A program made the translations under genes and the position numbers. 64,000 nt of DNA from Macrostomum lignano. Its lineage: Eukaryota. Numbering within the stretch: the first letter of the stretch is position 1; every line of letters begins with the position of its first letter. The stretch is from NCBI GenBank assembly GCA_002269645.1, contig NIVC01002376.1, positions 115,599 to 179,598 on the forward strand. The letters run 5' to 3'. Below are positions 1 to 10,861 of the stretch, one piece after another. The notes beneath the pieces are model-generated. The model ran no database searches and was not told the origin of the DNA. It was given only the letters and a program-made list of their open reading frames with translations.

Positions 1-233
1 GAAATAGTAAGCGTGGGGGGTAGCCCGCTAACTGATAAAAACGCGCGCGCGCAAGCATCAATCGAAGGCAGAATGCAAGTCAGTCAGCCAGCCAGCCAAT
101 TCTTCAATCTATGGTTAGTTAATTTAGCTATTCTCTTGCTTGCGAGTTTTGATCATTTCACGCATTTCACCCAGTCTCCGCTTCGTTTGATTGTTTCTAC
201 GTTTAATTGGATTGGATGGTCACATCACCTTAG

Positions 234-950
234 TGACTGGTGATGTGACCTCTACTGGTGTCATGACCTCTACTGGTGTTTTGACCTTAGGGACTGGTGA
301 TGTGACCTTGGTGACTGATGATGTGACCCAGTTGACTAGTGATGTGACCCAGACTGACTGGTGATGTGACCTAGACTGACTGGTGATGTGACCACGTTGA
401 CTGGTGATGTGACCATGTTGACTGGTGATGTGACCCGACTGACTGGTGATGTGACCCAGTTGACTGGTGATGTGACCCGACTGACTGGTGATGTGACCAC
501 GTTGACTTGTGATGTGACCCGACTGACTGGTGATGTGACCCAGTTGACTGGTGATGTGACCCGACTGACTGGTGATGTGACCTCGTTGACTTGTGATGTG
601 ACCCGATTGACTGGTGATGTGACCCGACTAACTAGTGATGTGACCACGTTGACTGGTGATGTGACCCAGTTGAATGGTGATGTGACCCGACTGACTGGTG
701 ATGTGACCCAGTTGACTGGTGATGTGACCCGACTGACTGGTGATGTGACCACGTTGACTTGTGATGTGACCCGACTGACTGGTGATGTGACCCAGACCGA
801 CTGGTGATGTGACCCAGTTGACTGGTGATGTGACCCAGACTGACTGGTGATGTGACCCAGTTGACTAGTGATGTGACCCAGACTGACTGGTGATGTGACC
901 TAGACTGACTGGTGATGTGACCACGTTGACTGGTGATGTGACCCAGACTG
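234..950. repeat. 21-bp minisatellite (alternating CCCAGTTGACTGGTGATGTGA / CCCGACTGACTGGTGATGTGA variants)
   Basis: Direct tandem copies visible; explains the VTSPV/LTGDV repeat ORFs. Confidence 0.95.
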
Positions 951-1013
951 ATGCGAGCGCAGCGGTTCCCCAGAATAAATGAGGCTGTTGTATGCGTTAT
1001 GGTTAGCGTAGGG

Positions 1014-1093
1014 GTGTGTGTTGTGTGTGCGCGCGCGTGTGTGTGTGCTGCGTGTGCTGTGTGTGTGTGTGCGCGTGTGTGTGTGTACGTGTG
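1014..1093. repeat. (GT)n/(GC)n microsatellite
   Basis: Seen directly. Confidence 0.85.
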
Positions 1094-2076
1094 TAAGATA
1101 CTAATGTAATTAGTTAAGTTATAACTTATATAACACGGGCACTAGTGGAAATCTTAATAAATTACTAAATATAGATAGTTACTATTTTGGGTATCAAATT
1201 GTTACCATAATTAGAATGTCATACTACCCCCTAATCAGGGTTAGGGCTAGGGTTAGGTGGTGTATGAATATCCTAAAAGCGTATGAACCTCCTAAAAGTG
1301 TATGAACCTCCTAAACACTTACTATATATACCGATGAACCTACTTTTTATAGCATTTCATACTTTCATAATTCCCTACGTCTACTTAAACCTATTAAAGC
1401 TAATTAAAGCAATCTCAGCGAATTGCCTATGGCATGGCGTATGCTGGCGAAGACGATGGCTTAGGTGATTTGAGACATGCAAATCCTCGCTGATCTCTTT
1501 GACAGAGATTTTATACAATTTCTTCTAGGTTATTATTAAAAATGCATTGTAAAAATAGAATAGAAATGACATTTTCAACAATAAAATTAAAAATTCTAGC
1601 TGGGGAAGGGAAGCAAAGAGAAGTGCTTTTAGGATGTTTGTTTCATAAAATATATAGAGCTGGGGCTTCTTTTTATTTTAATATATTTATATATATATAT
1701 AATGGAGGAATAAATCAGATTATGGTTTGAGTAGGAGGGCAAGGATTTTTTCTATGGCAATAGCTTTTTAGGGTATGTTTTACTTTGAGGACAAATGTCT
1801 TTTTGAGGGGCAACTGTTATTACAAAATTATTTTCAGCTGCACCCTATTTAGGAGGGGATATAGTGGGTACTTTATGAGGGGTTATGGAATTGCAGGTCG
1901 TAGTTATGGCGTTATGGCGTTGTTGCGTAGTTATGGCGTTATTTATCTCCATAATTTTTTTAGTTTAAAAGATTTTCTTAAGTTTACTCCATTCAACTCT
2001 ATTTTGTGCCATATTTTGCATAAATCATTTATATAATAAATAACTTCAGCTTTCTTGTTAATTCGGCTGGGCAGAC

Positions 2077-2778
2077 ATGGCGTGCGCCCGTCCAGATGGA
2101 GGGCATGAAGACGACCTTCAAAATATTGATAAAGACTCCCGGGATATTCTAGTGGAGCTCTTCCAATTGCCCATCGATGAGTACCACATTGCCGAGGAGG
2201 AATCCAATGCGGCAACAACTGCAGTAGACACTGCAGGAGCTGCTGCTGCACAGAAGAGGCCGCGTGGCCCCACCGGCAGCCCGGGAAACCACGGGCCCTA
2301 CCGTAGGTGCCCGCTGTGTGGGGCGGTCCAACAGTCAGATAACCTCCGGGAGCACCTTAAGACGGTGCACAATGAACAGCACCCCCTCCGGAGGGCCGTC
2401 ATTACGGGCCTGGCCAGCCTAGAGGCCCGCGTGGAGGAGAACGCCAAGAGATCCCGCTTGGGCCTCCTCATGTGCGCAGCCTGCCCAAGGGTGGGGCAGC
2501 GCATGATTCAGCATTTTCAACAAAAGCATCCCCAGCTAGACAAAGGCCTCATCCATGGGCGAGACGCCAACGCCCGTATGCGGAATATGCTCGTAGACTT
2601 CATGGAATACCGACGGCATTATATCCGCACTGGCAGCGTTGACCCTGTCAGCCACCCAAAAAAATGGCCGAAATACGCAATTCATGCCAACACTAGCAAC
2701 CAGCCGGCGCCAGGCCGACCGCGGCCGGGTCCCCGTGCTGGTGGCACCGCCTTGGAGCGCGAATTCATGTACTGCGAG
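2077..2778 (+). CDS. ORF with two C2H2-like zinc fingers, interrupted at 2779 by a hAT end
   Basis: CPLC-x9-HLKTVH and CAAC-x8-HFQQKH motifs; GC-rich coding-like sequence stops abruptly at CAGGGTTTTTT. Confidence 0.5.
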
Positions 2779-4200
2779 CAGGGTTTTTTTTTGTGCGCAG
2801 AGTGTGCGTATGCACCCTAAATTTTAAAATCGCACCCTGAAATTAAAAAAGTAGGTGCGGTTTAGGTGCGGTCTGTAAGATATTATAATATATGAAAAGT
2901 TATATAAAAATCATTTGATCTTTGATCACATTAAATTTGGCCTTTTTAATCAATGATAAATGATGATAATTTTAATTTATCTAGTATATTAGTATAAAAT
3001 TCAACTTTTTTATTTTGACATCTTCACTCTTGACTCTTCGGAGTCTTCACTCTTTCTTAGAATGTTAAGTATGAGTTAAGCGGTAGCCTTGTGTTTATTT
3101 AGTTGTACTTGTATATATAATCTATAGATATAATACAAATGCAAATTATAAGAATCTAAAGGTCTATCTAATCATAAGCTCTACTGAAGTAAAGTATTAA
3201 ATTCAAGTTCATAAATTTATCATATTCATAATCTAATAGCCTAAGGCTTATATATACAATTAAATCATAGTCATAGACTCATAGATAATCAATAGGCCTA
3301 GAATAGATATATAAAATCAATAGATATAGACTATCTATAAGGACTAATGCCAATTTCTATTGTTTGTGTAGTAGGTAGTTATAAGTTAAAGTTATCAATG
3401 ATAAATTATAAGTCAAAAAGGCTGTTAGAGTCTAGATAACATAATCAGTGACAGTGAGGCGAGTGAGCTTCTATTGCAAAAATGTTTGAGTAGGCAATAG
3501 GGCCAAATTACATTTACTTTATTTTTTTTATTTTTAGTATAAGTAATTATTTACAATTATTATATAAAATTATTGTAAAATAATTGTAACAGTAAAATTA
3601 AAAAATTATATTTAAATTACTATTTAACTGTACTATATTATGTCTATGCTAGGCCTATGTATGTACAATAATATTATAATACTAATAGTATACATACATA
3701 CTAATATTTATACTAATATTATTATATATTATATACTTTGAGTATGTATATAGTATAGTTATGGGCTATGGCTTATAGTAAATTAAAGTAGACTTGGACA
3801 AAAAAGTATTAGTATTTTTAGTATATTTTAATATAATAATAATAATTTAACAAATCAACTACAAACTAATCTATCTTATATTGTTATAATCTAAAAACCT
3901 TTTATTAAACTAGACATAGAATGTCTTTATGTATTAATAATAATGTCTTTAATTGTTTTAATGCCAGATTTGATATACATATAGCCTTGTTTAGTCTATA
4001 ATACTTTTATTTTTAATATATAATATATACCCAATACATATGTTTATTTAAATGCAAACAAAAACAATAATACAAAAGCTAAATTAGTATTCAGCAAAAG
4101 CAATTGTTAATTTGCTAAAGTTATAACTATAAATCATTAAAATGTACTATATTATAACATTTCAGTGACCAGTCTCAATTTATTTTATTAATAAAATCAA

Positions 4201-7200
4201 ATGAATCCACCAAAGCCAAAGCAGCCTCGTAATAGCTGTATAACAGCATGGCTCTTACCAGCACCAGCCCAGGGGCCCAAGGCTACTGCTGGTCCTGCCC
4301 AGGCCACTGCTGCATGCACTGCGTCTGCGTCTATTGCTCCTGCTGCCCAGGCCACTGCATGCACTGCGTCTGCATCTGCATCTGCTGTCCAGGCCACTGC
4401 ATGCACTGCGTCTGCATCTGCATCTGCTGCCCAGGCCACTGCATGCACTGCGTCTGCGTCTGCATCTGCTGTCCAGGCCACTGCATGCACTGCGTCTGCG
4501 TCTGCATCTTCTGCCCAGGCCACTGCATGCACTGCGTCTGCATCTGCATCTGCTGCCCAGGCCACTGCATGCACTGCGTCTGCATCTGCATCTGCTGCCC
4601 AGGCCACTGCATGCACTGCGTCTGCATCTGCATCTGCTGCCCAGGCTACTGCATGCACTGCGTCTGCGTCTACTGCTCCTGCCCAGGCCACTGCATGCAC
4701 TGCGTCTGCATCTGCATCTGCTGCCCAGGCCACTGCATGCACTGCGTCTGCGTCTGCTGTTCCTGCCGAGGATCATTCAGTTTCAAAAGCTGGAAAAAGC
4801 TTTACAAAGTTTCAAAGCCGCTATTTGTTGATGTTTAACTGGCTCGAGTATGATGGGAAGGCAGACAAGGCTATTTGCCGCCTATGCAGAGCCTTTTCAC
4901 CAGCAACGGAGCAAATTTTTACGCCCGGAAAGGATGGGTGGCGCTTGCATGTGCTGAAAAGGCATGTTAAATGCCAGACACATCAGGCTGCACTCGCTGT
5001 ACCCAAGTCGCAAGCCAACTGGAAGAGTGCAGTCGAGGAGAACGTCCGCCGCGCTCGGCCTGAAGTGAAGTGTAAGTCAGTGGATTTTCTGCCATTCCTA
5101 TTGTTGAGACTTCTATTTTTAGATGTATATTTAATATTAAAAATATTAATGTACATACATATATGTGTATCTCTCTCTACCCTACCCCACCCTTATTAAA
5201 ACCAGGCCAGATGATGAACATCTTGTTCTGCCTCCAGAAGGAGCGGCCAATTTCATTCGCATCAGAGTTGCATACTCTGGTAAGAACGCAGCTTGAGCAA
5301 CTCACACGGCAGCCCGAATCACAGCCGAATCAGGCTGTGCCTGGCAGCGAGTCTGCAGCACCGGTTCGACCTGGCACTGACAGTGACACGGTTGACACCC
5401 CAGCCCCAGGTCATCATTCTGCACAAAGAAGCAACCCCTGCAACTTCATAATGTCAGCTCATCACTGCTCGAATTACGCAACATACCAGTTTGCTGCAGC
5501 TATGGACAGCTGGGTGAAGCAGGATGATGTCAAAACACTCCAGAAGGCTCCCTGTTTCAGTTTGCAGGTAAGTACTTAGTACCGGTATTGATACTGATTG
5601 AATTAGGATTGACTATTGATTACTAAATATAGGATTGTCTTATATGTTCCTAATCCTAACCCTCAGGTTGATGAGGTCACTGACCGTTCGATGGAAAAGT
5701 CACTCCTCATTATGGTCAACGTTGCCGATGTGAGCCAGGCTGGTGCAACTCAGCCTCTAAAAACGCTTCACTGGAAGCTGTGCGCTCTGGAGCGTGGAAC
5801 GGCCAATGACATAACGGAAGCAATTCAGCGTAGCTTCTCCAGTCGAGGTGTGAGCCTCAGAAAGTGCATACTTTTTGTGTCCGATGGTGCTGCTGTGATG
5901 TTGGGTCGCCATAACGGAGTAGCACGTCAGCTACAACGAGCCAGCTGCCCAATGCTGACGGAGTTGCACTGCGCAGCGCATCGGCACAACATATGCGTCC
6001 GTGACGCGTACGAGGCCTGTCAGGTTATAAGCACGGTTGATGACCAGCTGCACGGCCTTATCGCCTATCTGAGGACATCGAAAAATTTGAAGCTGCTAAA
6101 AAGACTCGGCCAAATTCTTCAGGAAGTAAGTCTTGGTTAAGATACAACCTCATTCAATGCGAATCCAGAGAAAAATATCAATCCCGACGGCATCACATAT
6201 TCCAATTACAGACATACACATCCATTCGATCCCTAATTATTTCTATGCAAAACTTTGAGAAAGTTACACAATCAATGGTTGTACAAAACCTCCAACTAAG
6301 TCAAGCCTAATCGCCCTAATGTCAAGCATTACTCACATGATGCCTCACTCTACCTGCAGGATTTTGTGCGCCCTGAGCGTTTTATCGACGTCAGGTGGCT
6401 TGGGCGCCACACAGCAGTCAGTTGTATTTTTCGCTCGTTGTCTGTTATAATGACTCTGCTCGAGTCAAATGCCACTTCGGATGTAGACAGCGGCGGTGCT
6501 AAAGCTGTTGCTCAAGGCCACCTGAAGACGGTCTGCAGCACAGGCTTTCTACTGACGCTGGCAGTTATGCATGACGTGCTGGGCATCATGGCGCACCTGA
6601 ACAAGGCTTTCCAGCAGTACGTTTGTATTTAATCCTGGTTCTTGTGCCACTTCCCACACCTAGCTCGTATAATAATGTTGTATCATTACTTCGTCTTTAA
6701 CCTCCTAGCAGCATCCTTACTTTCTCCCTTACATCCTCGACCTCACCTGATCAGGCACGGCTTGCATCCATTCGACCTGAGAAGCCGTGTCAAAGCCGCC
6801 CAAATTGAGCTGCAGTCCGTACTGCTGGACGACCGTGGGAAGCTTCGCAGAACTCCGTCCATGGAGCAATTGCAGGAACTCCTGGACCTGAACTTAGAAC
6901 TGGAACCATCGGATGTACCTGCTACTGACCAAATTGGTTCCAACCGACTGAACCGAGTTTCTGCGCGAACACGAGCCGAAATTGCAGCAGCTTGCTCAAC
7001 TTCAGTGTTGATAACCCCTATCGCTGACCAGCTGACTAACTTCGTGCATCAGTTAATTAAGAATTTGGCCGACCGGTTCCCTGATGTAAAACGATCAGAG
7101 CCAGAAATTCTACCTGAGGCAGAGCCAGGCTTTGGAGTGCACGCAATGGACACGGAGCCCGCGGATTCAGACAGCTGCAATACTCTGCCAGCTGTTGATG

Positions 7201-7637
7201 AGGACGTAGAGTCCGAAACAGACGACTTGCTGACTCATTTACGCATCTTCGATCCTGCAGAAATGCCGGTCTCGGGCCAAGGTGAAGCCTTTGCCAAGTA
7301 TGGCCATAGGAGCATCAAATGGCTTGGTCGTTTTTACCATGAAATTCTGGTTTCGGCTGCTGATCGCGAGCAGGACTTCGATACAGACGAACTCGAGGAA
7401 CAGCTGACATCAGAGTGGCGCAGTTTCTGCTTCAGTGTGCTATACTTCCGCAATAGCGAAACCTCTGACTGGCGTACTTTCCTGCTCGTGGCTGCACGAA
7501 ATTCTGCGGAGTGGCCACTCCTATCGTGTTTAACGAAAATTTTTCTAACTTTTACTGCGGAAAACGCCACTGTCGAGCGAGGCTTCTCGCTTCTCGCAAG
7601 GCTAAAGGGCACTAAATTCGGACTTCTTGAACTTTAG
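4201..7637 (+). CDS. ZNF862-like hAT transposase; exons about 4201-5071, 5206-5567, 5667-6125, 6360-6616, 6755-7637; C-terminus probably truncated
   Basis: TTF-type zinc finger (WLEY..CRLC..KRH...H), catalytic DEVTD, SDGAAVM, HCAAH, RW and ERGFS motifs; GT-AG introns phase-compatible by hand. Confidence 0.9.
4290..4760 (+). repeat. 42-bp coding tandem repeat (AQATACTASASASA) in the transposase N-terminus
   Basis: Seen directly; frame preserved. Confidence 0.9.
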
Positions 7638-8545
7638 TAGATAAAATAGTTGCAATTCTGATAGGATCAAAATTTTGTATCTATAGGGGTTTTTAATGGT
7701 GCTGATTTTAAATTTGAGCTTAATTTTTTTATAGCTTAAAGCCAACTACTGGGACATGGGGAATGGGGGTTTTAGGGTAGGGAGAATCTTCATGGGAATT
7801 GATTTTATCTACTTAAACTTCAATAGAGGCATGGGGGTCTATTAAAGATTAGATAGATAAATTTAGAGACTGAGGGTTCCAGAGTGGAAATGTAATGAAG
7901 CTTAAATAAAAACTTTCAGCAAGTAATCAAACACTTCCATTGAGAAAAATTATAATCTTATCAAAATAATTGATATCAGCAGCTATAATTACATTTCAGA
8001 ATAGAGAAGACAATGCAGATTAGTAGAAATTAAGTATAGGTAAACATTTAAAGAATGTACAGCTAGTCACAACCATGAGAGAACAATAGCAAATCAAAAG
8101 CAGGAGGCGAGGCCAGTGGCAAACCATGAGTCAGCATTTTTTAAAAACACTAATTTGATGTAGCACTCTCGGTGCACTATAATAAACTGAGTAAAGATGA
8201 ATTACTCGTAGAATAGACACTCCTTTTATTGGAGTTAAAAATCTAACCTCCTAAATGTTTTTTTACAATGAATTCATCAAAATTTTAGACAATATTTACC
8301 TTTGAGAGCCATGATTCTAAAAAAGTTTAATTTTCAAACATACAATTCTCCGAAACTGCTTACATCAAATTATCATTAATTACATAGGGGGATTAACAAA
8401 TTGAGCTCCTGTTAACTGTGACAGTAATTTTTTTGCAGTTTTCTTTGCTTTATTATCATTTTGGACAGCCTCTAAGACTCTGGCAAAAGTTTTAGAAAAA
8501 TTGGAAAATCAGAAGTATTTTACGTACCTAAAGTTCAAGAAGTCC
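7620..8545. mobile_element. Probable non-autonomous insertion bounded by an 18-bp inverted repeat
   Basis: GGACTTCTTGAACTTTAG (7620-7637) / CTAAAGTTCAAGAAGTCC (8528-8545); no TSD found. Confidence 0.5.
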
Positions 8546-9738
8546 CTAAATTCTGCTATTTTTGCAATAAAATCCCTTAGTTGGCTAAAAATCTACTCCA
8601 CTTTGGCATTACTATGGGGCATAGGGCAATACAAGTAGCGCTTGTATAAGCTTTATAAGTAAAAGGATTGGCTGGTATTTAAAATAGCTTCCTAGAAGCT
8701 AATTAATCAATGAATATAGTCATATAGTGGACAAGTTTTAGTAGAAGACTAGCAAGAATCATCTTAGTGGAGATGTACCTTTACTTTGATGCTATAAATT
8801 ATAGGTTTATAAGTTATAACATGATCATGATCCTGACCATTTTGCGGATGGTGGGGTGTACGCCAGAAAATTCCGGTGTACACTTGATTTCTGTGGCATA
8901 TACCAGCGTCCATTTCTTGGCTGTGTACAGTGTGGCATACTGGGTTTTTTTCGCTAGAGACAAGGTGCAAAATCGCACCTTGTGCTAAATTTCAAGGTGC
9001 GATTTTAAGGCTCAGAGTGCAATTTCTCTTGAGTCTTGTTTTAAGACAACTGGGAATGTATATTTTAATATCTTACATAAGGCTATAGCCATAGGTAGGG
9101 GTTCCAGTGAGGTTTTGAAACATTTTTTATTCTTGGATATTTTTAGGCAGCTAAGTAGATCTCTGCAACCAAAATCCAAAATGGCCTCACTTGTTAATTT
9201 CTGTCAAGGAATAAAAAGTTATAGCATTTTTAGTTGTAGAAAATTTTGTAATTCCTTATGGCATTTTTGCATTACGGCCTGTGACCTTTTTTGCGCAAAA
9301 AGTACAATTTTTCATATACTTTTATTTATAAATTTTTTGTCCCTTATCCAATTTTAATATGTTTGGTGTCATTTTTTTGCATTTTTTATATTTTTGTGGC
9401 CCTATTAGTCTTTTTAAAGACTAGAGGGCCTTGGCTAGTAGGCTTAGTTGGAGTCGGCTAGATATGCTGAAAATCATATGTGCAAATGTGTATTACATGT
9501 ATATATGTGCATTTTTACAATACATAGGTATTGTTCTTTTGAATATATATTTTTTAGGTATTTAGCATTTTTACCAAGATGTACAGAGCAAATTCTAATC
9601 AAATTTAACTGAATTTTCTTACTTTTTAGGCCTAGGCCAAGGCTAGGGACAGTCATTAGTTAGTATATTTCAGTCCATCTTGCTTACATGTATTGACATT
9701 ATAACTGCAGTCATATTACTCATACACCAATTTCAGCA

Positions 9739-10861
9739 ATGAGCAGTGCCAGTGATGAAAACCGGCCTCCAGATACCCCAGGGCCAGATCCAGTGCTGAG
9801 AGTGACAGTTGGGAAGGCATTGCAGTTAACCCAAAACTGCAAGGCCCCAGAGGCGATGCAGCACCTCATGCAGCATGTGGGTCTGCCTGCGAGTCATGTT
9901 GGCAGCTTGGCAACAAAGAATATCATGAAGAGGATAGCCAGGCTTCGCCAGCAGGCACGTGAGCTGCAACGCAGCCACTGCAGAGACCTGGCTGCAGGAA
10001 AGCAGTCAGAGTACCAGCAGTTGCTTGCTGGTGAGTTTCAGGTGACTCTGACTGATGAGTAAGTTAATGACTGCATTTGACATTTGGATTTGCTATTAGT
10101 ACTACCACTGCCTGTCTCTTAAAATCAATAATTAATTTGTTTAACAACCTGTGGTATTTTAGAGATCGTCCTGCCGAAGGAGAAGTCCACCATCCTCAAC
10201 TTCATTGCGGCTGGTGTCCGGCGCAGTGTCCCCCAGTTACGTACCCAACTGAAGGAGCTTCTGGGGATACTGCAGCAGCAGGATTCAGCATCGCATCAGT
10301 CCACATCCCAGGCCTCGAGCATTCAGCTGGACACAAGCTGGATTGCTACCCACTGAGGACAGAGCCCTCTGCATTCAACAGGCCATCGATGGCAAGCTGG
10401 GTGGCGCCGCGAAACACTCAACTGCAGTGCGGCCAGCTGGGCAAGTTGCTCGCGGTGGTGCCAGTCACCAAGGTGCCAGACGCCGAGGTGCCGGTCGCGC
10501 TGGTGCCTCTGTCACAAGCGCGGGAAGCAGCCGTGCAACCGCCCGCCCTAGCAAGAGAGCCGCAAGCCCAGATGCTTCAACCGATGGCGATGACCTCGAG
10601 GCCGCCGACCCTGCGCCGAGTCTCAGCAACTTGCTAGAGTTGGTGGGGCACTGCATAGAGATGCTTTTCGCCTATGCTGATGGAGAGGAGTGGGACGAGG
10701 GAGTCGTCGTGAAGCAGCTTCCTGCAGCGGCTCGCAGCAGAGACATTCTGGATTGGGAGTTTGTTGTTGTCTTTGATGACCATCCATCCAAGCAATTCAA
10801 GTACAACTTGTACAAGGACTTTCTTGCTGGGGACCTGCATATACTTTCAGATGATGAGTAG
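9739..10861 (+). pseudogene. Two-exon ORF (intron about 10031-10162) ending in a Spindlin/Ssty-like Tudor domain; disrupted by a stop or frameshifts near 10240-10340
   Basis: LVGHCIEMLF...W.EGVV...FVVVFDD....KYNLYKDFLAGDLHIL resembles the Spin-Ssty repeat (VG+.+EH.F...W.GMVL...Y.Y.LLDDY..GDL.I). Confidence 0.6.

Larger units (their letters stand above)
2779..7637 (+). mobile_element. hAT DNA transposon (element Z); left end at 2779, right end not found
   Basis: CAGGGTTTTTT terminus; about 95 bp nearly identical to the inverted right end of element B (19592-19684); carries a hAT transposase. Confidence 0.75.

Noticed and set aside
234-950. CRISPR-like appearance of this and other arrays
   Set aside because: Units are directly tandem with no unique spacers, there are no cas genes, and the context is eukaryotic.
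1134-1146. Helitron-like 3' end (CACGGGCACTAGT)
   Set aside because: No upstream hairpin and no identifiable 5' TC end.
1237-1257. Telomere-like TTAGGG motifs
   Set aside because: Only about three imperfect units; too short to interpret.
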